Source: an uncultured Chitinophaga sp. (GTDB lineage Bacteria > Bacteroidota > Bacteroidia > 2-12-FULL-35-15). From it: 64,000 bases of DNA. This document shows positions 18,738 to 28,942 of the stretch, piece by piece (within the stretch, counting starts at the first letter, position 1; each line of letters opens with the position of its first letter). The notes beneath the pieces were generated by a model that was not told the DNA's origin, ran no database searches, and worked only from the letters and a program-made list of their open reading frames with translations. A program made the translations under genes and the position numbers. The stretch is from the NCBI GenBank assembly GCA_964456225.1, contig CAYWAV010000005.1, positions 5,160 to 69,159 on the forward strand, read 5' to 3'.

Positions 18738-18869
18738 GTTGGTATGGATTAGATTATCTATTGCAATATTAATGAAAAATAGTGTAAAAAGCAAGGAGAC
18801 TTTTCAAGTGGTCAAAATTGCTAGATAAGTGGTTGTTTTTTAGTTAAATCGGGTTTGTTTCAATAAAAA

Positions 18870-18898
18870 AAGGCCCCGAAAATACGGGACCTTTTTTG
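18870..18898 (-). terminator. Terminator hairpin (minus strand)
   Basis: On the minus strand: GGUCCCG-uauuuu-CGGGGCC (one G-U pair) followed by U7. Downstream of the 18920..21685 gene. Confidence 0.5.
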
Positions 18899-18919
18899 AA
18901 AAATAGTATTAAAATAATG

Positions 18920-21685
18920 TTACTCAGAAATTACTAATTTTTTAGTAACAGCTGCATTGTCGATTGAAAACTTAACGAAATAAACACCATTTTGCAAATC
19001 TAGTGCTTGCTTAGAAATTTCAAAAGTGTAGTGACCTTCTACTTGACTAAGGTTGTTTACTTCCATTATTTTTTTACCTAAAACATCCACTAAGCTAATT
19101 TTAACATCTCCTTTTTTATTCAATGTATAAGAAAGAGTTGCAGTTTGACCAGTAGGGTTAGGGTAGATAGAAACATTTGCTTCATTCAACGTTTGGTCTG
19201 TAATTCCCAATACACCTGTCATGTTAATGTCATCAATGTATATGCTGTTACTTTCGTTTCCAGTAGTATACTCGAATTTAAAACGAGTATTTGCAGTTTG
19301 TGCACCAAAAGGAATAGGAACTGATTTAAGAGCCCATTCACTTGTAGAAGCTGGCACATATTCTTCAGGGTGATAGCTGTTGTTAATTAATGATGTAGCA
19401 GCTGTTCCTGTTCCTGTAAAAGTTCTGATATTAGTCCAAGTAGCTCCACAAGTTGTAGAATAAGAAACTACTAACTTGTCATTCATGTCTGCAGCAGTTG
19501 TTGCATTTGTTGCAGCAGCACATCTGAACGTAAGTACTGGACTTGTAATGAACATTAAATTGTAAGATGGAGAAAATAATTGGTCTACATCGAATGCATA
19601 GTTGTAATATGGATTCATCATAACGCTATGTGTTCCACTGTATCCAGCTGCTCCAGTATACCACCACGTTCTTAAATTGTTATCCAAATCTTTGCTGAAC
19701 CAACGAGAGTAATATTCGGTAGCATTTTCAAAGTCTTCAGTGTAGGTATTGCTTACTTGAGCAAAAGCATCAGATACATAAATATAGTCTGTTTTTGTAA
19801 TAGAAACGGGTGCCATTGAACCGCCTGTTATTGTAATTGTTAATGTTACAGGGTAAGAGCCAGGTGTGTTGTAAGTAATTATAGGAGAAGGGAGAGTTGA
19901 TGTAGCAGGTGTTCCGCCAGGGAAAGACCAACTTTGTGTAGTAGCTACTGAAGCATAAATTGTTCCGAATGCAGCAGTGATGTTAGCAACATTTTTTGTA
20001 AATGTTACTGTATTGCCAGGACAAACCATCGTTCTGTTTGCGTAAAAATCAGGAGATGGAGAACAAGTATCTGTTAAATCATCAACACCTGTTGCGATTA
20101 AGTTTGGCCCAATCCATAAGTTGTTTCTAGCAGCCATAGAAGCTTCTAAAGCTGAACGCATACGGGTTTTTTGATCTTTCGTATACATTTTAGAGCAATA
20201 AGAATACTCCATATAGTTTTCTACGTTTTCAACTATTCCATGAGTTCCGGTAAACGCTATATTGTCAATTCCGAATGTTCCTGTTGAATCTTCAGCATTC
20301 CAACCATAAATTCGGAATGTTCTGGAAGTGTTGTTGATATTGGTAAATGAAGCACCACTTAAAGTGATTTTACTACCTACCATTGAAATGGTTGTATCGG
20401 TATTGATGAAAAAAACATTCCCCGATTGTACACTCAAATTTGGGTTTGAAGGAGTAATGGTTGCTGATAAATTTGCAACATAGCTATCAGCGCTTGAACG
20501 AACAGCAAATGTTCTAATTCCGTTTGTGTCGCGTTTAACATTAAATGTCATTCCTGTCATTGTTAATGCTTGTGCCAAGTCAGGAGTAATTGTAAATTGA
20601 TAATATTTTCCTGTATTGATAGCACCAGTTAACCCTGCAAAAGATGTTGCTCCATCCAAAGCACCGCTGTCCCAGTCTGAAAATTCAAACATGGCTGCTG
20701 TTGAAGAATTCGCAGACAAGCCAACTGCAAGAGGGTTGCTAAATGTAATTGCTGAATCAGTTGCTTCTGGAGCGATGGAAGGGTCTGTTGTTCCTGATGT
20801 AGTTGTTACGCTTCCAAAAGTGTAAGTGCCGGTTAAAGCTTTAGAGTCACATTCAAAATCGAATCGGTTACTACAAGTGTTATGGCCAGCGGTTAAAGGC
20901 GTATCAGTAACACCTTCATCACCACAACCTACTTCAGGATCATTGGTTGAGCCCCAGCAATGTGGTAAGTTTAACCAGTGTCCAACTTCATGTGTCAATG
21001 CTCTTGATTGACCAACAGTTCCTGTTCCGATGCTGCCAATATAGTTGTGTATAATAATAATTCCATCAAATGGCTCCATGTACCAAGGGTCAGAACCTGA
21101 AGGGTAATATGCATATCCAGCTGTTCCAACACTTTCCATTGTGCGAATTACCCATACGTTCAGGTATTTATCACGAGGCCATGGATTTAATTTCGAGAAA
21201 TCATTTGCATTGTCTGTTTTGTGAGAATAAATTCTATCAATTCCATTTGTGCAATTTCCGTCAGGATCTAATTGTGCTAAACGGAATTCGATTCTTGAAT
21301 CGGTTGCAATTGGCTGAAAAGGGGCTACGATTGCGGATGTGTCTGCATTTTTTTTACGAAAATCACGATTCAAGATGTTTACTTGATCTAAAACCTGTGC
21401 ATCAGAAATGTTTTCTGTCCCGTTTAAATGTAATACGTGAAAAACAATTGGAATAGTAATAACATAGTTGCTATCAAGCGAAGCTGATCTGTTTTCTTTG
21501 ATTTGTTTTTCCAGTAAAGCATTATAATCTGCTTCAGCTTGTGCTATCTCAGGGTGCTGAGCTAACAATTTGTTATGCATTTGAGTTGTTCCGCATTTGT
21601 ATTCGCCCTGAGCGAAAGTGCTAGTGTTGCTTACAAAGCAAAAAATAGATCCTAGAAACAGATAAGTAAGTAAATTTTTTTTCAT
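18920..21685 (-). CDS. M43 zinc metalloprotease with T9SS CTD (tandem paralog of 16008..18737)
   Basis: HEVGHWLNLPHCWG. C-terminus GVYFVKFSIDNAAVTKKLVISE. Same architecture as the downstream paralog, about 50% identity by eye. Confidence 0.8.
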   Translation of the reverse strand: MKKNLLTYLFLGSIFCFVSNTSTFAQGEYKCGTTQMHNKLLAQHPEIAQAEADYNALLEKQIKENRSASLDSNYVITIPIVFHVLHLNGTENISDAQVLDQVNILNRDFRKKNADTSAIVAPFQPIATDSRIEFRLAQLDPDGNCTNGIDRIYSHKTDNANDFSKLNPWPRDKYLNVWVIRTMESVGTAGYAYYPSGSDPWYMEPFDGIIIIHNYIGSIGTGTVGQSRALTHEVGHWLNLPHCWGSTNDPEVGCGDEGVTDTPLTAGHNTCSNRFDFECDSKALTGTYTFGSVTTTSGTTDPSIAPEATDSAITFSNPLAVGLSANSSTAAMFEFSDWDSGALDGATSFAGLTGAINTGKYYQFTITPDLAQALTMTGMTFNVKRDTNGIRTFAVRSSADSYVANLSATITPSNPNLSVQSGNVFFINTDTTISMVGSKITLSGASFTNINNTSRTFRIYGWNAEDSTGTFGIDNIAFTGTHGIVENVENYMEYSYCSKMYTKDQKTRMRSALEASMAARNNLWIGPNLIATGVDDLTDTCSPSPDFYANRTMVCPGNTVTFTKNVANITAAFGTIYASVATTQSWSFPGGTPATSTLPSPIITYNTPGSYPVTLTITITGGSMAPVSITKTDYIYVSDAFAQVSNTYTEDFENATEYYSRWFSKDLDNNLRTWWYTGAAGYSGTHSVMMNPYYNYAFDVDQLFSPSYNLMFITSPVLTFRCAAATNATTAADMNDKLVVSYSTTCGATWTNIRTFTGTGTAATSLINNSYHPEEYVPASTSEWALKSVPIPFGAQTANTRFKFEYTTGNESNSIYIDDINMTGVLGITDQTLNEANVSIYPNPTGQTATLSYTLNKKGDVKISLVDVLGKKIMEVNNLSQVEGHYTFEISKQALDLQNGVYFVKFSIDNAAVTKKLVISE

Positions 21686-21839
21686 TATCGTATTGATTTC
21701 GTTGGTTGTATAAATTGTAAATTACTAGAGGCAATATTAAGCATAAAAATAAAAAAAAGAAAGCTTTTTTTAGATTGCTTATCCTTTTTTATTAAGCGGT
21801 TGATTTTTAGGGAAAACTGGTAGGAAAAACAAGAAAAAA

Positions 21840-21861
21840 GGAGCCATTGGCTCCTTTTTTT
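21840..21861. terminator. Bidirectional rho-independent terminator
   Basis: AAAAAAGGAGCCAtTGGCTCCTTTTTTT, downstream of the TonB-dependent receptor gene. Confidence 0.65.
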
Positions 21862-21878
21862 GTTAGTATTCACTTTTG

Positions 21879-24179
21879 TTATAATTTTATTCGGATTGCG
21901 CCCATAATATTTCGCCCAGGAGAACTTATTCCAGATGCAAACATTCTATAATGTACATCAAAAAGATTTTCAATTCCTACGTTGATCGTTACATTTTTTG
22001 TAACATGGTAAGCAGTTTTAATATTGAATGTTACCCATCCTGGCATATAACCGTTCACAGGATCAGCAGAATATTGTGCATTGTCTTCACCACTTTTGCT
22101 GTAATCTCTTCCAATTTTTGCAGCGCTGTAACGGGCATAAATTTCACTTTCAAATTTTTTGAAATGATACATAATACTTGTTTGTCCGAACATTGGCGGA
22201 ATGTGATCCAAAGGAACAATTGTATCATGGTTGGAAGTTGTGCTTGTGCCTGGCAACTCCTGACGGGACTGTCCAAGCGTATAAGAAACCGATGTTTTAA
22301 AAGAAACGTTTTGAGAAAAATCCGCTGTTATTGCACCGTAAAAGCCTTGAACAATAGCTTCATCTACGTTTTGAGATGCAATGACTTGGCTCAAAGTACC
22401 ATTAAATAGTAAGGAGTCCTTTCCTTCATACTGGAACGCTTTTGCAACAATGGCATTTTTTAGCAATGTATAATGGTAATTTGCTTCGAACTTAACTTTA
22501 TTGTCCATAATAGTAGTTGCTAATCCTCCTTCAATGTTATAAGCATATTCCGGTTTTAAAGCGGCATTTGGAACAACAACAATTCCTGGTGAGGAATCAA
22601 ATACTTTGCTCATATCATCCACATTTGGTGCTCTAAATCCGGTTGAGCCTAAAATGTGAAAACGAACATTTATTTCAGGCATCATGATTAAGGCTAGGTT
22701 GCCATTCAGTGCATTGTTTGTTTGTGAAACGGATGTAAAAGGGAATTGAAAATTGGATACTGCCGAATTGGTATCAAAATTACATGTAAGAGAAGTGTAT
22801 GAATAACGTAAGCCATCCGACAAAATAAATTTCTCGTTTATTTCCCAGCTATGTGTTAAATAGGCGCCAATGTTCATAGTTTTACTACCACCATTTGCGT
22901 AGCGTGTGTCGGCAGGTGTTGTTGATGCTTCACCAGAATAAATATTTGTTTTAGTTGCAGTAGATGTTACTTTATTACTAACTACTTCAACACCGTAACT
23001 CAGTTCATGCTTTTCTTTTACTTGTTTCCTTAAATCCGCATTTAATGAGTAAATAGTTACTTTTTCTAAATTCACAGTTTTGAAATTGCTGCCACTGCCA
23101 CTGATATAATCGGTGCTGAATCTTCTGCTGAATCGCTCTTGAGTAATGTCTTGATAAGCTGCAGTAATACGCATATTATCAACAAATTTGGAATCCGTTC
23201 TGATAATTGCATATAAGGAAGTCAACATTCTGTTTTGCGGACCATAACCATTTTCAGCAAACTTTAAATTTGTACCACTATATTCTGTCAAACGATCATA
23301 TCTGTTAATTTCCGATGATGAAGAATATTGAAAGTTTAATCCGAGTCTAAAATTATCGTTTACTTTATAAAGTAGTTTTTCCATGAAATCCACTTGAGAA
23401 TAACCACTGCGTTTTTGAATATTGGTATTGTTGTTTTTGATCATACTGTCGGCATTTCCTGCGGCATTCATTCCAACATAATATTCACATCTGCCAAAAG
23501 AAGGGTCTGGTGTGCGGGCATATCCTGTTCGTAAATCATCATAATCACTATAGGTGATACTGGTTAACGATGCCAGTTTTTTAAACCCTATGTTAAAATC
23601 AATATGCCCCGTTTTTTCCTGATTGGCACTTGCATAACGTAATGCAGAATTTAATTTAAAATTCATTTTTTCGTTTCCGAAAAGAGGATTCTTGGTATAG
23701 AAATGCATCACACCTCCCAATGCATCACTGCCATACATTACAGAAGAAGGGCCATAAATAATTTCTGTTCTATCCAACATTGCATTGTCGATTGTAATAA
23801 CATCTTGCAAATGTCCGCCACGATAAATAGCATTGTTCATGCGTACTCCATCCACTACAATTAGTACTCTGTTTGCTTCGAAACCTCTGATAATTGGACT
23901 TCCGCCACCACCTTGGCTTTTTTGAACCATAATGTTCCCTGTGTTGGCAAGCATGTCGGCCGAGGTTTGAGAATTGGATAGTTCCAGATCTTTTGCTTTA
24001 ATAATATCGATGCTATAAGGGACATCTGATTTTTTTTCTTCTGATTTATTTGCAGAAAATACTACTTCATTTAAATTGATGAGTTTATATAATGTAGTAT
24101 CTGTTGCAGTAGGTTCTTGGGCGGATACAGTTGTAACTGAAATGATTCCCAAGATACTTCTAAGTAATATCTTTTTCAT
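21879..24179 (-). CDS. TonB-dependent outer-membrane receptor
   Basis: Signal peptide. Plug-domain motifs (SPIIRGFEANRVLIVVDGVRMNNA, EIIYGPSSVMYGSDALGGV) and a long beta-barrel. Confidence 0.85.
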   Translation of the reverse strand: MKKILLRSILGIISVTTVSAQEPTATDTTLYKLINLNEVVFSANKSEEKKSDVPYSIDIIKAKDLELSNSQTSADMLANTGNIMVQKSQGGGGSPIIRGFEANRVLIVVDGVRMNNAIYRGGHLQDVITIDNAMLDRTEIIYGPSSVMYGSDALGGVMHFYTKNPLFGNEKMNFKLNSALRYASANQEKTGHIDFNIGFKKLASLTSITYSDYDDLRTGYARTPDPSFGRCEYYVGMNAAGNADSMIKNNNTNIQKRSGYSQVDFMEKLLYKVNDNFRLGLNFQYSSSSEINRYDRLTEYSGTNLKFAENGYGPQNRMLTSLYAIIRTDSKFVDNMRITAAYQDITQERFSRRFSTDYISGSGSNFKTVNLEKVTIYSLNADLRKQVKEKHELSYGVEVVSNKVTSTATKTNIYSGEASTTPADTRYANGGSKTMNIGAYLTHSWEINEKFILSDGLRYSYTSLTCNFDTNSAVSNFQFPFTSVSQTNNALNGNLALIMMPEINVRFHILGSTGFRAPNVDDMSKVFDSSPGIVVVPNAALKPEYAYNIEGGLATTIMDNKVKFEANYHYTLLKNAIVAKAFQYEGKDSLLFNGTLSQVIASQNVDEAIVQGFYGAITADFSQNVSFKTSVSYTLGQSRQELPGTSTTSNHDTIVPLDHIPPMFGQTSIMYHFKKFESEIYARYSAAKIGRDYSKSGEDNAQYSADPVNGYMPGWVTFNIKTAYHVTKNVTINVGIENLFDVHYRMFASGISSPGRNIMGAIRIKL

Positions 24180-24219
24180 TTTATAGTTTTTTTAAATTTG
24201 ACGGAATAAAAAATTCTGT

Positions 24220-24237
24220 TTCAACAGATCTGTTGAA
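24220..24237. promoter_or_regulatory. 18-bp perfect palindrome (candidate operator) upstream of the TBDR gene
   Basis: TTCAACAGATCTGTTGAA centred about 50 bp upstream of the TBDR ATG. A third half-site-like copy TGTTGAAAC lies at 24253-24261. Confidence 0.35.
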
Positions 24238-24396
24238 CGCTGCTTGCTCTATGTTGAAACATCTTACAAAAAATAGCATTAATTTTTGTGATGTTTTAAA
24301 ATAGCAATGAACCCTAAATCAATAGCCACTTAGACAAAGAGACGTATGCCTTTGCTAGGAAAACTAAACAACATTTAATTTTTGATTCAAAGAAGA

Positions 24397-24927
24397 TTAT
24401 ACAAATTCGGGAGGAGGTGATTTTGTTTCCTGAAATTCTGACAAATAAATTCTTGTGGAAAAGGAAAAATAAACTTGCGTTGAAGCGTTTTGAAATCCAA
24501 ACCCATAGGAGTTGGAAAAATAAATTTTCACAACATGATCGTTTAGCTTTTTAGTAGGGGAGTTTTTTTTAGAATTTTCTGAAGCAATAAAACTAGTTAC
24601 ATAATCATCTAAACTTGCAAATAAATTGCGCTCCTTTTTGTCATCAATACAATAATAAATAATGGAGTTTGGTGTTTCTTTTGTTTTTACAACATCAAAT
24701 AAGTGATCGGAGTAATAAAACTCTTTATTCTCTTTTTCCCAGTGAATATTTTTGATATCACTTTTGTTGATCTCGATAGCAATTAATTCTGCTTGTGGTA
24801 CTGTCAGTTTTAGGCGAGTCTTAATTTCTTTTCTAACTTCTGTTTGAGCAATCTTAAACACAATGAAGTACCCAACGGAATTGAATAAGAAAATGGCAAG
24901 CAGAGAGAAAACAGCTAATTTTTTCAT
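24397..24927 (-). CDS. Hypothetical membrane-anchored protein
   Basis: MKKLAVFSLLAIFLFNSVGYFIVF N-terminal anchor. No recognised domain. Confidence 0.55.
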   Translation of the reverse strand: MKKLAVFSLLAIFLFNSVGYFIVFKIAQTEVRKEIKTRLKLTVPQAELIAIEINKSDIKNIHWEKENKEFYYSDHLFDVVKTKETPNSIIYYCIDDKKERNLFASLDDYVTSFIASENSKKNSPTKKLNDHVVKIYFSNSYGFGFQNASTQVYFSFSTRIYLSEFQETKSPPPEFV

Positions 24928-25039
24928 GGTACATTGCAAATGTAATTATTTACTTTTTGAAAACAAATTCTGTCTTTTTGTCGTTTTAATACTTTGGTAC
25001 AAACATTGACTCTGGAAAAACCATTATATTTATCTGATT

Positions 25040-25738
25040 ATGCGGAATACCACATCGAAATTATTTTTTAGCATTTTATATCCTTCCTTGTTTGTGTTGG
25101 TGCTTTGGGGTGTAAAGCTATTTGAAATTGTAGAGCGGGTGAATTTGTCGTGGTATGGCTTGTATCCCAGACGAATGGATGGTTTAATCGGAATTGTTAC
25201 TTCTCCGCTACTGCATGGTGATTTGCCTCATTTGATTTCAAATACGCTTCCTTTAATGGTGTTAGGGCCCATCATCTTTTATTTTTATAGAGGCATTGCT
25301 TTTAATGTTTTCTTTTGGGTTTATCTTATGACGGGTGTTTGGGTTTGGGCGGCAGGTGGCGATGCTTATCACATTGGTGCAAGCGGAATTATTTATGGCT
25401 TTATTACCTTTTTGTTTTTTAGTGGAATTTTTCGGAGAGATACTCGATTAATGGCTTTGTCTTTATTTGTCACATTTTTATATGGTGGAGCTGTTTGGGG
25501 TGTTTTGCCTTTCCAAAAGGGAATTTCTTGGGAATCTCATATGCTAGGCGCGTTGGCAGGATTAATAACGGCTTACAATTTTAGAAAAGAAGGCCCGCCT
25601 CCCCGTAAATATGATTTCGGTGATGAAGCAGAAAATGAAAAAATTGATGTCAGTGGAGATGAACAATTCATCCATGAAGAAGAAGCGCCTACTCAAGTAA
25701 ATGTGAATTATACTTTTATCGAGAAGGATAAAGAATAA
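25040..25738 (+). CDS. Rhomboid family intramembrane serine protease
   Basis: LLHGDLPHLISN, GASGIIYG (GxSG catalytic Ser) and HMLGALAGL (catalytic His) in a polytopic membrane protein. Confidence 0.75.
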   Translation: MRNTTSKLFFSILYPSLFVLVLWGVKLFEIVERVNLSWYGLYPRRMDGLIGIVTSPLLHGDLPHLISNTLPLMVLGPIIFYFYRGIAFNVFFWVYLMTGVWVWAAGGDAYHIGASGIIYGFITFLFFSGIFRRDTRLMALSLFVTFLYGGAVWGVLPFQKGISWESHMLGALAGLITAYNFRKEGPPPRKYDFGDEAENEKIDVSGDEQFIHEEEAPTQVNVNYTFIEKDKE

Positions 25739-25834
25739 TTAATTTGCTGGCAACCTGCTACGTTCTAAAGGTTTATTTTACCTACCTTTGCGCCTTCTAA
25801 AAATAAATTTAGAAGCTTAATCATCCTATTTGTC

Positions 25835-27778
25835 GTGAATTATTTATCAGTAGAATCGGTTTCCAAATCATTTGGTGTTAAAGCATTGTTTGATAAAATT
25901 AGTTTTGGTTTAAACCAAGGCGATCGAATTGCATTGATTGCAAAGAATGGTGCCGGAAAATCGACACTGTTGAAAGTGCTTGTTGGAAAAGAGATTGCTG
26001 ATGAAGGGAGTGTTACTTTTCGTAAAGATATTGTAGTTACTTACCTTGATCAAAATCCCATTTTGAATGAAAATGATACCGTATTAGAAGCGATTTATAA
26101 GTCGGACAATCCCATGTTGAATGCTGTGAGAGATTATGAAGAAGCATTGTTGGAGTTTGAAAAAGAGTACAATGATACTACTTCTGCAAAGTTAGAAACA
26201 TGTACAGCTCAAATGGACAAGCTGGATGCATGGGGATTTGAAGCAAAGGTGCAAGAAGTTTTGCAACGGTTAAAAATTGCTTTTTTGGACAAACAAATTG
26301 GGACATTATCGGGTGGACAAAAAAAGCGAGTTGCTCTAGCAAAAGTATTGATTGATGAACCACACTTATTAATTTTAGATGAACCAACCAATCATTTGGA
26401 TGTGGAAATGATCGAATGGCTAGAAAATTATCTGGTTTCTAAAGACATGACATTGTTACTGGTAACTCACGATCGTTATTTTTTAGATAGAATATGTAAT
26501 GAGATAATAGAAATTGATGCGGGTAAAATACATCATTACAGAGGCGATTTCCAATATTATGTGGAAAAGAAAGCCGAACGAGAAGCAATGGAAGGCAGTG
26601 AAATTGACAAGGCAAAAAATTTATTCAGAAGAGAGTTGGAGTGGGTAAGAAAAATGCCCAAAGCACGCGGAACAAAATCAAAAGCTCGATTAAATGCTTT
26701 TGAAGATACCAAGGATAAGGCTTTTAGTGGAGTAGTGGAAACCAAATTGGAATTGGGTGTGAAGATGAGCAGAATTGGTGGAAAAATTTTGGAATTTAAA
26801 AATATCAAGAAAGCTTTTGGGGAAACAAAAATCGTCAATGATTTTTCTTACATCTTTAAAAAAGGAGAAAAAATTGGAGTGATAGGAAAAAATGGCGTTG
26901 GTAAATCTACGTTTTTGAATATGATTATGGGTTTGGAAAATCCTGATTCGGGAGATATTCAAACGGGAGAAACAATGGTGTTTGGTTATTATTCTCAAGA
27001 AGGGTTAAAACTCACGGAAGACAAACGTGTTATAGAAGTAGTGAAAGACATTGCTGAATTTATTCCTTTGGCAGATGGTTCTAAGTTATCTGCATCGGGC
27101 TTATTGACTAAATTCTTGTTTCCACCGGAAGTGCAATACAGCATGGTTTCCAAATTAAGTGGAGGTGAACGCAGACGGTTGTATTTGATGACCATTCTTA
27201 TTAAAAACCCTAACTTTTTAATTTTAGATGAGCCCACCAACGATTTGGATATTGTTACGTTAAGTGTGTTGGAGGATTTTCTTACAAACTTCCAAGGCTG
27301 TGTATTAATTGTAACGCACGATCGTTATTTTATGGACAAGATGGTGGATCACTTGTTTGTGTTTGAAGGAGCAGGCGTATTGCGCGATTTTCCTGGGAAT
27401 TATACAGAGTATCGCGATAAAAAAGAGTTGGAAGATAAAGCGGCTTCAAAGAGTGAACAGAAAACTGTTTCTGAGCATAAAGTTGTTTCAGTTAAAGCTG
27501 AAAATACTTCGACTACCCTGCCGGCAGGTAAGGCGATCAGTGTGACAAAAGAAGCAGCTCCGAAAAAGAAATTAAACTTTAAAGAAAAACTGGAATACAA
27601 TCAATTAGAAAAAGAAATTGCGAATTTAGAATCTGAGAAAGAAAAAATAACTGCATTGCTAAATTCGAGTTCCGATAATCATGAAGATGTTGTGAAGTGG
27701 AGTGAACAAATGGGAACAATCATTTCTAAACTGGATGAAAAATCACTTAGGTGGTTGGAATTGAGTGAAGGTGTTTAA
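25835..27778 (+). CDS. ABC-F family ATPase (tandem ABC domains, no TMD)
   Basis: Two Walker A (GKNGAGKST, GKNGVGKST), two signature (LSGGQKKR, LSGGERRR) and two Walker B motifs, plus a C-terminal coiled coil. Confidence 0.9.
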   Translation: MNYLSVESVSKSFGVKALFDKISFGLNQGDRIALIAKNGAGKSTLLKVLVGKEIADEGSVTFRKDIVVTYLDQNPILNENDTVLEAIYKSDNPMLNAVRDYEEALLEFEKEYNDTTSAKLETCTAQMDKLDAWGFEAKVQEVLQRLKIAFLDKQIGTLSGGQKKRVALAKVLIDEPHLLILDEPTNHLDVEMIEWLENYLVSKDMTLLLVTHDRYFLDRICNEIIEIDAGKIHHYRGDFQYYVEKKAEREAMEGSEIDKAKNLFRRELEWVRKMPKARGTKSKARLNAFEDTKDKAFSGVVETKLELGVKMSRIGGKILEFKNIKKAFGETKIVNDFSYIFKKGEKIGVIGKNGVGKSTFLNMIMGLENPDSGDIQTGETMVFGYYSQEGLKLTEDKRVIEVVKDIAEFIPLADGSKLSASGLLTKFLFPPEVQYSMVSKLSGGERRRLYLMTILIKNPNFLILDEPTNDLDIVTLSVLEDFLTNFQGCVLIVTHDRYFMDKMVDHLFVFEGAGVLRDFPGNYTEYRDKKELEDKAASKSEQKTVSEHKVVSVKAENTSTTLPAGKAISVTKEAAPKKKLNFKEKLEYNQLEKEIANLESEKEKITALLNSSSDNHEDVVKWSEQMGTIISKLDEKSLRWLELSEGV

Positions 27779-28072
27779 TTATAAAACCACTTTTTGTTCA
27801 ACACTCCAAGCTTCTGCTTTGGCGACAAATAGCACTTTTGTTTTTGCCCACACATCTGCAAATACATCCGAATTCCGATAGTTGTTCAAATCATTTTCTG
27901 ATCCCCAGTAACTATAAGTAAAAAAGATGTTTGGGTTGGTCACATCATTAAGTAATTCCAAGTGTGAACAACCTTCCATGTTTCGGATGAGGTGTTTTGA
28001 TTCATTAAAAATTTGCTGAAATTCTCTTGTCTTTTCAGGATGAAAAGTCATTTTTACAATTCGGATAATCAT
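27779..28072 (-). CDS. Antibiotic-biosynthesis-monooxygenase (ABM) domain protein
   Basis: 97-aa ferredoxin-like ABM pattern (MIIRIVKMTFHPEK...YSYWGSENDLNNY). Confidence 0.65.
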   Translation of the reverse strand: MIIRIVKMTFHPEKTREFQQIFNESKHLIRNMEGCSHLELLNDVTNPNIFFTYSYWGSENDLNNYRNSDVFADVWAKTKVLFVAKAEAWSVEQKVVL

Positions 28073-28827
28073 TGAAAACGGATGGTTATAGAATCGTTTA
28101 GCTTTAAATTAAGCATGCTGTTTGCCCTGTCGCTATTCATCGCAATTTCTAATTGACTGGCTGAGTTGAAGAGTGCGAGTATTTCCCCTTCCGGTACATC
28201 ATTATAGGTTTTGCTTACTTTATCGATTTTATATCTGGCAAATTCAATTTCAAATTCTCTTCCTTTGCCAACTTGATTAAATAGATTTTGAGTGATGTTG
28301 CACATTACGTTTCCATAAGAATCAATGTACTCTACAGTTCCTCGAATCATGTCACCCATTGTAGCTGCCCTGAAAGGCATTCTTTCCAATAAATTTTCTT
28401 TAGGTTTTCCGAGTTCTTCCATTTTGCTTCCATTAGCCATAGCACTGGCAACCACAGCAAAAACATCGCGGCTAGGAAAAGTAGAAACGGTATCTGGTAG
28501 TTCAATTATTTTTTCAATTGCGGTATCCAAAAAAGAGAAAATTCCATTGTCGGCACTTATGAAATAATGCCCATCCGAACAAACAATTACATGTGACGAT
28601 TGGCTATTTTGTTCTGCTTTAATTCCAATTATATGAATGCTTCCTTTTGGAAAACTAGCATAGGCATTTTTAACAATATAGGCGGCATCCTGAATGTTGT
28701 AAGTGGGAATTTGATGTGAAATATCAACAATAGTAATGTTGGGGACACGGCTAAGTATAGAGCCTTTTATGGAACCAACGTAATGGTCTTTCAATCCTAA
28801 ATCAGTAGTAAGAGTGATGATGGCCAT
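28069..28827 (-). CDS. SAM hydroxide adenosyltransferase family (DUF62; fluorinase/chlorinase-like fold)
   Basis: MAIITLTTDLGLKDHYVGSIKGSIL N-terminus and overall length. Overlaps the ABM gene by 4 nt, consistent with an operon. Confidence 0.7.
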   Translation of the reverse strand: MAIITLTTDLGLKDHYVGSIKGSILSRVPNITIVDISHQIPTYNIQDAAYIVKNAYASFPKGSIHIIGIKAEQNSQSSHVIVCSDGHYFISADNGIFSFLDTAIEKIIELPDTVSTFPSRDVFAVVASAMANGSKMEELGKPKENLLERMPFRAATMGDMIRGTVEYIDSYGNVMCNITQNLFNQVGKGREFEIEFARYKIDKVSKTYNDVPEGEILALFNSASQLEIAMNSDRANSMLNLKLNDSITIRFQ

Positions 28828-28942
28828 TTGTTAGTAAATTGTGACTTTTTCGGTTTCTGTTTAACCCTAAGAATACACAAAAATATGTTATTTTCGTGCT
28901 TTCTGATAAAAAAAACATTTTTTATTTAATACCATTATCAGC

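Noticed and set aside
21685-21873. 62-aa ORF between the M43 paralog and the TBDR
   Set aside because: Intergenic, low-complexity Lys/Phe-rich translation spanning the TBDR terminator.
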